A DNA stretch of 64,000 bases from Phoronis australis. Taxonomy: Eukaryota > Animalia > Phoronida. The notes beneath the pieces are model-generated. The model saw only the letters and a list, made by a program, of their open reading frames with translations. It was not told where the DNA came from and searched no databases. The position numbers and the translations under genes are program-made. Where the stretch lies: contig NMRA01000250.1 in assembly GCA_002633005.1 (NCBI GenBank), forward strand, positions 93,534-157,533, given 5' to 3'. Of the stretch, positions 23,568 to 36,489 are shown piece after piece (positions within the stretch are counted from its first letter, which is position 1; every line of letters begins with the position of its first letter).

Positions 23568-26500
23568 ATTGAACAAAGTTTTTCCTTGCTGTTAGCCTGC
23601 TAAGACAGCAGATTTCACTAATTTCTTAAGAAGTGCCAATTGGTGTCTTCTAAAAATCCTCTGCAGGCTCGGTAACCTTTCAAGGCCAAAGTTTTACCTA
23701 TCAGGTTTTTGCTGGCTGTAAGCCTAGTACAAGTCGGTCTTGCCTTTGTCATTCATAGATCCTTCAACTCTTTTTTTCCAAATGTTAGTAGGTACTGTTT
23801 CTTTTGTGAAAACTGCAACAGAATTTGACTACCAGAAGAATTGTTGAATGATGAATTTGAGAACTGATCAATCTTATAGAACTAAAACACTGCAGTTCTA
23901 ACCTTCAGTTGTAGAGAGCTTATACACTAGTATGCTACACACTGCAGTGCCAACCTTCAGTTGTTGCAGAGAGCTTAAAAACTAGTATGCTACAGTTTGA
24001 GTGTATATAATTGGTTTTGTTGTCAGCTACTGATCGGTCAGTAATTACCAATGTTAATGTTTTTTCTTGTGTCATAAAATAGGCTACGTCAAGTTGTGCA
24101 TTTTATAAAAAGAGGGCAGCGCAATTGTTATTCACTGTCAGTTTATTGAGAATTCTTCAGAATTTTAAGGGAGGCCAAGTTCCCTTTGATGATCTTGATT
24201 GAGCTTTATTGATCAGGTTGCTTAGCAACAGGTTAGTAAAGACTGTGGAGGCACTTTTGCCTGTTATTTCAGACTCTTTTCGCACAATTAATTCTGAGGT
24301 AATCTTGATCATGGACCAAAAGGTAGCGCCTGAGTTGCAAAGTATTGTCTCGGGTGTATGCGATGAATGATTTTCTTCCTTCATTTCCAAATGATGTGAA
24401 TGGTGTGTGGATGTAACTCTTTGCTGCCTCACTTAACCAGGTACTGGGAATTATGGAAAATGTTTCGTTTTAATTCCATTCGTCATGGAAGTTGAAATTA
24501 TTAGTAACAACAAAATCTAACTCATATTTTTATTGTTGTACTAGATTACTGTATCAGTTTACTATCAAAGTATTGTTTTGAGAATTGTTTTTTATGTCAT
24601 TGAAGTAGCGATGCCTTTTAATTGTACGTCGACCGTGCTGATTTGGATGTTGTGTTAGGTGTGAAAATTATAAAAGTTGCTTTCTAACTTTGGTCTGCCA
24701 CTCGAACACTTCTGTTAGAAGCAACTCATATTGTATTAGCTAGCCAATTAATTCAAAGGTTTCCTTGTTGGGCAGTTTGTAGCTTTGTTAGTGTTGTCAT
24801 TTATGAGCAATTGTCATGGGTGCTTAAGTATCACAGGTTGAAGGATTTCCTAACTCCACTTTTATTCACCGAGGCTGTTTGGGACATTTTTAGTCGAGGT
24901 GTTCACCCAAGACAGTGTCACATTGAATTAGTTTGCCGTGGTGCACTATGACACTCTCTCCATGGGAGATTGTTCCTGGGCTCCAATTTATTTTCCTCCT
25001 AGTTAGCATCTCTTCATGATCTGCGATATTTTCATTTCATCTCTGGTGTGATCTTGGTTACATAGCTCCCTCTTTATTGCAAAATGTTCTCCCCTATCTT
25101 GGAGCTCCTTTCAGTTTGCATTTCGCTCCTTTCATTGGAGAAGTGACCCCCCCCCCCTCCGGTCACACTTCATACCTCGGGGGCACATTCCTCCTCTGTT
25201 GAAAACTTCACGTTTACCCCTTTACTAGTGCTAGTCATTACTTTACATTTACTCAGCTTGTGTTGCAGCAGCCTGTAAGCCTGTTGGTGTCCTTCGGAAG
25301 GGTCTCTTCTTTTGTCCTGTACAGATCCCTCTAACTACATTGCCTGAGGGTCTTTTGAAGTGGCTGTCAACACTGCCAACCTAAACGAGTTGGTTTGTTG
25401 TTTAGTTTAGTGATCAGGTTGATTAATTTTGTTTCTGTTTCACGCCTGTTGGATTTCGACGCACAATTGTAGTGTTCACTGTGGCCTCTTTCATGAAGTG
25501 ACCTAAGACTTAAGCCAGAAATCTCAGTTTTACCTCCTGACACCCATTTCCGAAAAAATAATTTATCTCACATGGAAAGTGCAATATATCCTTAAATATG
25601 TACATAAGGGATGATTTCCATAAATTCTTTTTGAACTCAGATCTGCTGACTGTTGCATGTCAAAACTTCATCCAGTACTTGAGAAGTGGGAGTGTAAGAC
25701 AGAATTTCTGATTTAAGTTTGATATCACTTTGGGTGAAACAGACTTCTGGTGGATTAAAAACGAACCAAGTGCTGTTACTGTCTAGGTATCTTTCATTTT
25801 ATCTTGTTTTGTGTGTATTTTTATTGGCATCGAAATTTTGGAATTTGTAAAGCTTTTATAAACATTTGTTATGCATGTTCTATTGGCTGGCTCAGTTTCT
25901 TGGGCTTAGGAGCATAGGTTTTGATCAAGAAACAAAAATGTGACTCTTCTCAGGTGGACATCGCCTGTAGATGCTGTCTCTGGACGAAAGTCTGGGTCGT
26001 GTGTTCATTGCCCTTTTGGCGCCAACCAGTTGTGCGAGAGAGGCTAGCATTTCGAACATGTGTAACACCTGTTGTTGTGCCGTGCTGTTTCGTTTGTTTT
26101 CAAGAAACGCCGAGCAATAGTTTATTATCGTTTTACACTATTGTTGGTCTCACCGTTCTATCCACAATTGTGCATGATTGTCAGAGCCTTTGAGTACCTG
26201 CGGTCGTAGCGTCTCGGAGGCTTCAGTTGTCTTCGAGAGTTTACTGAGTATGGAATTCGGCACGCAGAAATTCGGGTCCGACTCGTGGTTCTTTACCAAA
26301 CTAGTTTTGTTTGCTGGTCCGAATGAGAGTTATGGTAAGTCGTCGCACGTCTGCGTGCGCTATTGATCGGTTACTCAAAGGTTCTGGATGTTTTAANTGC
26401 AGTATATCCTTAAATATGTACATAAGTGATGATTTCCATAAATTCTTTTTGAACTCAGATCTGCTGACTGTTGCATGTCAAAACTTCATCCTGTAGTTGA

Positions 26501-28616
26501 GAAGTGGGAGTGTAAGACAGAATTTCTGATTTAAGTTTGATATCACTTTGCGTGAAACAGACTTCTGGTGGATTAAAAACGAATCAAGTGCTGTTACTGT
26601 CTAGGTATCTTTCATTTTATCTTGTTTTGTGTGTATTTTTATTGGCATCGAAATTTTGGAATTTGTAAAGCTTTTATAAACATTTGTTATGCATGTTCTA
26701 TTGGCTGGCTCAGTTTCTTGGGATTTGGAGCATAGGTTTTGATCAAGAAACAAAAATGTGACTCTTCTCAGGTGGACATCGCCTGTAGATGCTGTCTCTG
26801 GACGAAAGTCTGGGTCGTGTGTTCATTGCCCTTTTGGCGCCAACCAGTTGTGCGAGAGAGGCTAGCATTTCGAACATGTGTAACACCTGTTGTTGTGCCG
26901 TGCTGTTTCGTTTGTTTTCAAGAAACGCCGAGCAATAGTTTATTATCGTTTTACACTATTGTTGGTCTCACCGTTCTATCCACAATTGTGCATGATTGTC
27001 AGAGCCTTTGAGTACCTGCGGTCGTAGCGTCTCGGAGGCTTCAGTTGTCTTCGAGAGTTTACTGAGTATGGAATTCGGCACGCAGAAATTCGGGTCCGAC
27101 TCGTGGTTCTTTACCAAACTAGTTTTGTTTGCTGGTCCGAATGAGAGTTATGGTAAGTCGTCGCACGTCTGCGTGCGCTATTGATCGGTTACTCAAAGGT
27201 TCTGGATGTTTTAAAACGTTTTGTCATTTTTGAGCTTTACGAAGGAGCCCTTGCTCCCGTGTTATCACCTTTACAAAGGTTTTGAAGTTCATTACGCTTG
27301 CTACGTCACCATCCACGTGATACCCATCTGAGCCACATTCCTTTGCGTTATACTTGCCGTAGCAGATTCCACCGTTGTTCAGTCAACTGCATTAAATGTC
27401 GATTGTCTTGCGACTCTCGCAAAAAATAAGTTTGAAGGCAACGTTATAGTGCAAATGAGGACTTCTCTCACGTCAATGAGGTGGTGTAGCAAGCTTGGTA
27501 GAATGTGTTTTGCTTGTCTGTTTATGTAACTGATGGCCATTAAACGACAATTGTGATCTTGATTCATCTTAAAGACGGGGTCTCTATGGACACTTTGGAC
27601 TTGACCAAATCAAGAGCTAGAGCGCGTTCAATAATGTTAGTCACTCGCGAGTAAAATCTGCAAGGTCCCTTGCTCCGTCTGCGTCTGTTACCGTGGGATA
27701 TCTCGCGTAGATTTGTGTGATCTGGTTAACCTCGCAAGGTCAGACCTAATTAAACGCGTTCGTATTGTGCTGTCTTCTATTGCCAGAAGCAAATGAACAA
27801 TGCAACTGTTGGTGGGTAACCACGAGCCGTTTGCCGACGGTGTACTTTACTTGCGCAATTAACCCACCTGGTTTAGACCATTTGTCGCAGTTTGTTCCCA
27901 ATGTATATTTATGGACTTGAAAAGAACGTACAGTTGGTTATTGCGAAGACTTCCAGGCTTGATACTGGCTTGATCCGGCTGTCATTTTAGGGTTAAGTGC
28001 AGTGTTACATTGATACATGGTCTGAACGAGTAGTGATTTTTAGCACAAGGTGGGCTTATTGCAGTTTATTGGTGCAAAACAACGATCATTCTCAATGTGA
28101 ACTACAATGTATTCACTTGGGTATGAATTACCCACAATGCATCGTGGTTACGGAATTATGAGGTACAACATTTCAAAGTGATTCGAATCCCCGCACTTGC
28201 GAGTGCAATGAGTGAAGTGTACCGTAATCGCCTCATCACGGGCCAGATTCTTTTCAAACAACGTGGTAGGATATGGACGTTAGTGCTTAGGAACCTGTGG
28301 TCTGTTAAAAGTATTGACTGTGAGATCTCGCACTTTGAAAGTTAATTGTACGTCGGTTAACTGAATCTGGACGGTGCTGGTGTTATTACAGTGTGAAAAG
28401 CTAGTCTTGTATTTTGCATTCTGACTTTTAAGTTACGATAGTATTCATGTGTCTGTCTGTACGCGTAGAATTCCGTAGGAGCACGAATACATGTACATGT
28501 ATACTTAGAAAAACGACTCGTTATTTTGTTGCTGTGCGCTATATTACTTTGTACAGTTATTTTAACTCAAGCACGCGTGCGTGCAAGGGTCCCCACACTG
28601 CGTGAACACTACACCA

Positions 28617-28837
28617 CATGCGCGCGCACCCAGCCTTAATGTATAGGGCTCGAATTTCCGACGATGTGGGCCTATTACTAACAAAAAAGCGGGAGGACTA
28701 AAAAAAACGGGGTACCAGGCTCAGAGCTGTGAATTGTGCGATCGCGCCTTTTTGTGGACTTTCCTTTCTTTTTCTTGGACTTTTTGTTTATTTGAGGCGG
28801 ACCTTTTCGCCCTCTTTGCCCCCTGGGTGCGCGCATG
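28617..28837. mobile_element. MITE family B (CATGCGCGCACCCAG termini); other copies 46528-46785, 54757-55010, 57100-57354, 62633-62896
   Basis: Shared TIRs and internal motifs (ctcgaat, aaaacgggg, cggaccttttt). TSD ctcta at the 46528 copy and tgtta/tgcta at the 54757 copy. Confidence 0.75.
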
Positions 28838-30191
28838 CAAAAACATTTGGCGGTTGGGCAAGAGTCAGGAAGGAGTTTGCCATGGGCGGGCTTTCTGAAC
28901 TTAGAATGTAAATTACACCAAATTATGATTTCTAAACTCTGAAGTCAATTTTAGTTCTCTAATCGAACAACTTCAACGATTTCCAAAATTGGTTGTTTTT
29001 CTACTCTTCCCACATTACATATTATCAAGGTAAATCGGAAGAAGCAAATCTCAGTGGAGGGGCAAAATTATGGATATGGGACATACCTCGCACTTAGGTA
29101 TTTTTTCAAAGGTAGAATCCATACGCCTGTGTACCTTTCCTGTTTCAAAAAGATTCGAGGGAGTCATCTTTGCCAGGGGTTAGTTTGTTTCTTCACCAGC
29201 TGAGTCGTTTTTAATAATGAAGATTGGTGTCAATTAAAACACGTTCACCGTCTCTGTCATGACTTTAACCCTAAAGTGTGCCCTTTGATTAAGCGATTGA
29301 TTACAAAAGTGCTAGCGAAAACGCTAACAGTTCTTGGGCAGTTAGTCATCTTCAGCAAAAGCGCGAGCAAAAGTGACAAAATATCTTGCAAAAACTCCAG
29401 CGTTCAGATTCAACCAGTTTTGAACCGATGAGCTGGTAACTCTCCGCCTGTAGTGGCCATTTAGTCCGTAGGGAAATTTCCCAGCAGGTGTACTCGTATC
29501 ATTTAGCTGACTTCACAACATTGGAGTCCACCGAAAGAAATAACGAGCTAGGACCGGTAGCGGACGAGGGGGAGGGGGCTCGGACGAGGATACACGTTCG
29601 TTTTTTTCTAGTCCACCAACGATAGATTTTCTGAGCAGAAGGTCTACATCCTCGGTCCCCCCGCAACTTTCGGGCCGCCTGTGCACAAACAAGCGCGCTT
29701 TGTCCAATTCCCCCAGGATATTGGGCCCCCTTTATGGTATCCTAGATCTGCCACTGCGACTAGTGGAGGTGCTTGAACCACGTATTTGCTATGAGAGCGC
29801 GTTAACATACTACGCCATCCAAAGTTTGCCTCTTATTACCCCCACCCATCTACTATCACTCCTCATCATGATATAACTCCCCCCGTCCAGAGCTAATTTC
29901 GTCATCACAGAACTGACAGTTAGTTGGAAATTCCGTCTTTATGATTCTAATGACAATTTAATGTCGCTATAAGTTGCATTTGCCGCTGTTGTATTCAGCA
30001 ATGAAATAAAGTACGCCATTTTGACTATCAAACCAAAGAGAATGAATATTTTATACCCAACTACGTCAGAGGAGTGAGGATATGGCGGAGAAAACAAAAT
30101 GTTTTAATAAGGGCGGCCTTCTTATGCATGTACATATTTAAATGCATCCGCTGCTGTATCTTGTAAATGCCTTACAGGATCTCAAAGACCT

Positions 30192-30590
30192 GGGCCCGGT
30201 CTCCAATCTTTTTACTCGAAATGGAACTCGAAATTAGGTTTGGCATTTTCTACTCTACTTCTGGGCAAACTCAAGATAAGTGTCTATTATTCCATAGTAC
30301 ACAATAACTTACGTAGATAATTTATTGCCCTTAGTTCACAGTTTGTAAACCCAATATTAAAGCAATAAGTTCGAGTTTGAACTCGAAATTTCGAGTTTTT
30401 ACTCGGGTTTGTAGCACGAATATAAAGGTCTTCAAGGGCAAACTTGAACTAGAAACTCCTATGCATAAACTATAATGTATTCGAGCACAGTCTGATAACC
30501 AATTATCTCAAGTTCGCACAAAAGGAGCAGAGAAATTGCCAAAAATAGTTTCGAGTTCGTTTCGAGTACAAAGATTAGAGACCGAGCCCA
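30192..30590. mobile_element. Palindromic PIF/Harbinger-like MITE
   Basis: gggcccggtctccaatctttttactcgaaa...tttcgagtacaaagattagagaccgagccc with CTG/CAG flanks. Looser relative at about 8340-8725. Confidence 0.6.
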
Positions 30591-31915
30591 GTAATCCTCT
30601 CTGCCGGGCAGGATCATGCGTTACTGTCGACGGCCGTGTCAAGCGCGAGCCTCTAATCTGTTCATTAACGCAAGTTATTGACCTGTCCACCCCGCTTATG
30701 CTGCTGTGACCCTGTGTTTAGTGAAAGGACTTAGCTAGCAGCGCTAACAGTTTGAGTCACAGCAGTAGCAGTAGAGTTTCGCAATACGCTTGATATTCAA
30801 CACATCTGCTTGGTCATTCGGTTTTTGATCAACATTTCGGTTACGGATACAGCAGGCAGGTAGGCCAAACCTTGACTATAGCTTCACCATGGACTTGCAT
30901 GCATACTGGACAAGTCCACAAGGCTGTTGACCGTAAATGCTCATGCGCCAAGGCTGTCAGTTGGAATTTTGAGCTAGGAGAAATACACTTCTGAAGTTAG
31001 TGACATAGTGTTTGTAGCAACAACATTTTCAGTATTGGTTAATTTGCAGGAAATGTGTATTGTACAGTCGGCGTAATTAAGGCTAGACTAATTAATGTCA
31101 ACGCTGAAACGAATACGGCGTCACTGAACCTTCAATCACAGCGCTGTTAGTCGATTGAAACTGTCAACTGTACCGCCTTCCCAATGTTACGTTATTAGTC
31201 GCTGACGTATTCAAAATCTTATTCAGTCAGAGAATGCTGCTGAACGGTGAGCATCAATCCAAAACTCGCTGGTGCCGGTCATTCTTAACGCATTTTACAT
31301 ACGATTAGGCCTATAAATTGTCCCAGATTTCACGATAGCCATACACAACACTCGATTATGGTGCAAGGTACGTGGTATATAAATAGGTCAATGAGCTAAA
31401 TAAGTCTCATTTGGCTCGATCATTGTATAGGCCTACTCGTAATGCACGGCTTGCGAAATGGACAGCGTATGAGACTCGGAACCTTGTGCAATGTGATTCA
31501 CGAACGCTAGACGTACGTATAAACCTTACAGATATACAGGATTTTAACACTGTATATTTGTAAACTATTTTAAGCTAAGTGAATATTTGCCATGGTTTCA
31601 AAAACTCATTGGCAGCAACAACTACTAGCCGCTCGGAGAGAGAGAGGGAGAGAGAGAGGGAGAGAGAGAGAAAACACTTTTATTAACATTACATTATAAT
31701 AATACATTGATTAAATTTTGATTTCAATTATAGGAGGCCTTCTAAAGGTTATTGACAGCTAATAAGAAGGCCCCCTGTACAAAATAAACAAATGGAAATG
31801 CAAAAATCAGTAGGAATACTTAAGAAAACAAAGTGAATTAGTGCTGAAAACGACCGACACGCCAGGAACCAAGAAGTAGACTGACACAGCTCAGGAGATT
31901 TTGAGAATACAATTA

Positions 31916-33378
31916 CACGGGTGAGAAACAACATGACCGCCGGTCCTCTAAATCGGACTGACTCACCCAAAATAGGATCTCCGGGGATCAAATGGAATCG
32001 TCGCACCAGAAAATGGGACTGACGCACCTAAAAACATGACCGCCCCACCAGAAAACAGGATCGCCGGGGACTGAACATGACCGCCGGACAATATGTAGTT
32101 ATCAATGTCTTTGTATGATACTGCTTGTGATTACGTAACCGGTCAGCTAGCTGTGTAAAGACTCGCCAAAATAAAACTTGGTAGCACTGTGTTATTGAGC
32201 TCCGTTACATCCCCGAAATTTCCCACAGCCCGGGCCGGGTATCTTAGTTCTGCTCGTCACCTCGTCGTGAAACTTAATTATATCAACATGTAGAGCTAGC
32301 GAGCGGAGCAGGCGCATGCAAAATCTAGGAGTCAATCAACACTCACCTTGCAGGTTGCAGACGCTTGAGTGAAAAACAATCTAATGAACGTCATTTGTTT
32401 GCCTAATGTAACAAAAAAAGTCTGTCGCGCTCGTGACATGAGCACGCGACATGTCCTAAAATTTTGCGACATGTTTCGGAAGATGATGACTCAACTTCGC
32501 AGCAGCACGATTTGTTCTGAAATTCGATTGCTGGTATTAAAATATTAAAAACTTATGACGAAATGACGAAATGAAACCAGTTCCAATAATTTGTTGTGCC
32601 ATGTACGCAATCTCGTTGAAGAGAAGAAGAGCTGACTGAACGGTGAAAAAATTAAGGAACTGGTCAATGTAAGCCGACCTTAAAGAACGCATCTCAATTT
32701 TAGCAGCAGAATGACAGAACGACAATTTTTCCCGGCGAGCGCCGATAAATAGTTTAGTTTACTCAAGGAAGAGTGTCGTTAATAACACTAATTCGGTGAA
32801 GATTTTATATGTTCAGTGTTTACCCACATCGGCGCCATCGGTATATTTAGTATACTGCTTTGCCGCACAAAGGCTAGTTATGATGCTTCACCCGAGAACC
32901 AGAACGCCCGTTTTATTCTTGACTAAAACGTCAAATTGAGAACACGATTTTCATTTTGTTCTAGATCTTACGCAGTGGATAAAGTTATAATTATTTAGCT
33001 CAAAAGCTTGCAACGTGGTTGGTTTGTGGTTAAAACTCAAAAGCGCCGCGTGTTACAAAGCGAAGTGTCCTGTAGCGCACAAACCATCTCGTTGGAGTAA
33101 ATCGGCACGAGACCTGCATATGCATACATATATAGCTCCATTGTATGGTCTGTGTAGGCCAACCGGTAATAAATGTTAACTTCTTTGTCACTGCGGTTTC
33201 AATCCCCGGCGGTCATGTTCAGTGTCCGGCGTTCCTGTTTTCTGGTGGGGCGGTCATATTTTTATGTGCGTCAGTCCCATTTTCTGGTGCGACGGTCCCA
33301 TTTGATCCCCGGAGGTCCTGTTTTGGGTGAGTCGGTCCGATTTAAGAGGACCGGCGGTCATGTTGTTTCTCACCCGTG
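31916..33378. mobile_element. Non-autonomous DNA transposon with ~170-bp TIRs (CACGGGTG...CACCCGTG) and 5-bp TSD AATTA
   Basis: 31916-32087 is the reverse complement of 33207-33378. AATTA lies at 31911-31915 and 33379-33383. Confidence 0.9.
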
Positions 33379-33380
33379 AA

Positions 33381-34349
33381 TTAGATACTGTTACATATGA
33401 AGCAATTGGAAATATGACAAACTGCATCGTAGTTGCTAATAATAAAATTGGTTAAGAACCTGGAGAATGCTTGCAAAGAATGTGTTTTTATTATATTTAG
33501 AACAGAGGCTGGTATTTCGTTGTTGTTTATAAGTCGAGGAATCTGAAGTCTAAGACAGGCTCTTGATGACAATTTGTTGGACGGAGGAATTAAAATTTTG
33601 GGTTGTATTGTCGGAATAGCAGCTGAGTATTGATTCAGGTATATAGGAGTTTTAATGTGTCTGGTTGGTTTATATTGGATGAGTTTACTAAAGAAGTTGT
33701 TAGTGTAAAAATACTTAGGAAGCTGATTATTGAGGAATTTGTAATAAAATTTTGCAGTTGAGATTTTAAAGATGTTTTGAAGTAGAGGGAGGCGAAGTTC
33801 CTTACATATGGGCAGAGAGTGAGCATTATAACTGGAATTTGATATATTCCTAAGGATTCTTTTCTGGGCTGTCTGAAGTTTCTTAGTGTTGCCAAAACCC
33901 CAAGTTGTAATGCAATAGTTTAAATGTGGGATGACAAGTGAATTATATATTAACTTGAGAGGTGGAAGAGGAACATAAGATTTCAGTTTATATAAGAGTC
34001 CACCGAGATTGTTAAGTTTGTTTGAGATGAGGTTAATGTGGGGGGACCATGAGAGGTTTTTGTCAACAGTAATACCAAGGAAAGGAAAACTGTTCACATG
34101 ACATATTGTTTTGCTATTTATATAAATGGTGGGAATATTACATTTTTCAATTTTCTTTTGTGGGTAGTGGAAGATCAATAATTTACTTTTTGATGTGTTA
34201 ATTGAAAGTTTGTTCACGGAAAACCAGCCTGAAATAGGTTTAAGGTTGTTGTTGATGGTGGTTGATTGCTGTAAAGTGTGTTGGGAAGATTCAGTCAGTT
34301 TGTAAGGTGTGACGAGGCAAGTGTCGTCAGCATAAAGAAGTGTGTCCAT
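33381..34349 (-). pseudogene. Longest open remnant of LINE ORF2 (RT C-terminal part)
   Basis: 322-aa ORF with LYADDT, KLSINTSKSK, FLGITVD, LIYNSLVIPHLNYC. Confidence 0.85.
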
Positions 34350-36489
34350 GGGAGAAGAAAACGAAAGATCATTTATGTAAACTAAGAAGAGAAGTCGGCC
34401 TAGGACAGAGCCTTCGGGAACTCCGGTAGCTATTGGTAACCAACTGGAAGTTGTATCACTTAGTGAAACATATCATTGGGTGCGGTTTGAGAGATAACTT
34501 TTAAACAGTGTATATTCAACTCCAGTAATACCACAGTGATTTATCTTTTGCAAGAGTATTTGGTGGTCTATTGTGTCGAAAGCTTTAGAGAGATCTAGAA
34601 AGATGACCAGGGGATTCATGTCATTATCAAGATGGGAACAAATGCGGTCTTAAAGTTCAAGCGAAGCAAGTTCTGTAGAGTGACATTTCCTGAAACCATA
34701 TTGATGTTTATTAAGAATATCATTTTCATTTAGGAAAGTTGAAAGTTGAGTATGGATTATTTTTTCTATAATTTTTGAGATTGTTGGAAGAATATAAATG
34801 GGTCTATAATTGCCCGGGTCCTCTGGGTCCAAACCATGTTGTTTAAAAACTGTGATTACCTTAGCAATCTTTAGAGCATCTGGAAATATACCAGTGAGTA
34901 AGCACTGGTTGATGATGGTCGTGAGAGATTATAAAAGAACTGCTTATTTTGATAATTTTAGATGATAAATTGTCATGACCAGTACTTTTTTTACGTCCAT
35001 GTCTCTTATAATATCTAGTACATGTTTATTATTAATTAGTGTGAAAGAGAACTTAAATTTGTTTGGCGTGGGAAGACAGTCTTTGAAATTCTTGTTTTGT
35101 ATCATAGTTATTGATTCAGAAAGGGATGGGCCGATTTGGGTAAAGTAGGTGTTGAATAAACTTGCCATTTCGGGTAGGTCACTGGTTTTAGTGTTATCTG
35201 AACGTAAGAGACATTCTGGGGTATCATGTTTTGTTCGGACGCCGTTGTTCATAACTGTGTATTGTATCCCATGTTTTATTTATGTCAGACTTCCCTTTTT
35301 CGGACCGTTCACACTTTAGATAGCCCACTCATGTGTCATCTTTCAGTGGCATCCAAAAGGTAAAACAGTTGAAAAATACAAGTCCGTGTTCTCCTAGCTC
35401 AAGTTCAGTCACATAAATTATCTATGCATGAAGAATTGTTAATCAGGCAGAGTGCTAACCCCAGACCGGCAGCAATTAAGAGCACCTTAGCATCGGGTGA
35501 ACGAGGTACCAACATTTGATCATTATAGGAGCACTTAGAGTCCACCTCAGNCAAGTTCTGTAGAGTGACATTTCCTGAAACCATATTGATGTTTATTAAG
35601 AATATCATTTTCATTTAGGAAAGTTGAAAGTTGAGTATGGATTATTTTTTTCTATAATTTTTGAGATTGTTGGAAGAATACAAATGGGTCTATAATTGCC
35701 CGGGTCCTCTGGGTCCAAACCATGTTGTTTAAAAGCTGGGGTTACCTTAGCAATCTTTAGAGCATCTGGAAATATACCAGTGAGTAAGCACTGGTTGATG
35801 ATGGTCGTGAGAGATTATAAAAGGACTGCTTATTTTGATAATCTTAGATGATTAATTGTCATGACCAGTACTTTTTTACGTCCATGTCTCTTATAATATC
35901 TAGTACATGTTTATTATTAATTAGTTTGAAAGAGAACTTAAATTTGTTTGGCGTGGGAAGACAGTCTTTGAAATTCTTGTTTTGTATCATAGTTATTGAT
36001 TCAGAAAGGGATGGGCCGATTTGGGTAAAGTAGGTGTTGAATAAACTTGCCATTTCGGGTAGGTCATTGGTTTTAGTGTTATCTGAACGTAAGAGACATT
36101 CTGGGGTATCATGTTTTGTTCGGACGCCGTTGTTCATAACTGTCTATTGTATCCCATGTTTTATTTATGTCAGAATTCCCTTTTTCGGACCGTTCACACA
36201 TTAGATAGCCCACTCATGTGTCACCTTTCAGTGGCATCCAAAAGGTAAAACAGTTGAAAAATACAAGTCCGTGTTCTCCTAGCTCAAGTTCAGTCACATA
36301 AATTATCTATGCATGAAGAATTGTTAATCAGGCAGAGTGCTAACCCCAGACCGGCAGCAATTAAGAGCACCTTAGCATCGGGTGAACGAGGTACCAACAT
36401 TTGATCATTATAGGAGCACTTAGAGTCCACCTCAGACCTCAGTATATATATATAGGGATATGGACGTCTGCTGTTATCTGCAATCTGGG

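Larger units (their letters stand above)
31636..36185 (-). mobile_element. 5'-truncated, decayed LINE (CR1/L2/Crack-group RT), split by a DNA transposon and partly duplicated across the N at 35551
   Basis: RT motifs NYRPIxILPTISKIIEK, QYGFR, FLDLSKAFDT, YADD, FLGI, and C-terminal CxxxNCFIC. Frameshifts and stops upstream of 34349. The 3' UTR at 31671-31915 ends in AATAAA plus a (TC)n tail. Confidence 0.9.

Noticed and set aside
25921-27184. Identical 90-aa and 62-aa ORF pairs suggesting a duplicated gene
   Set aside because: They lie within the gap-flanking duplicate and show no protein features.
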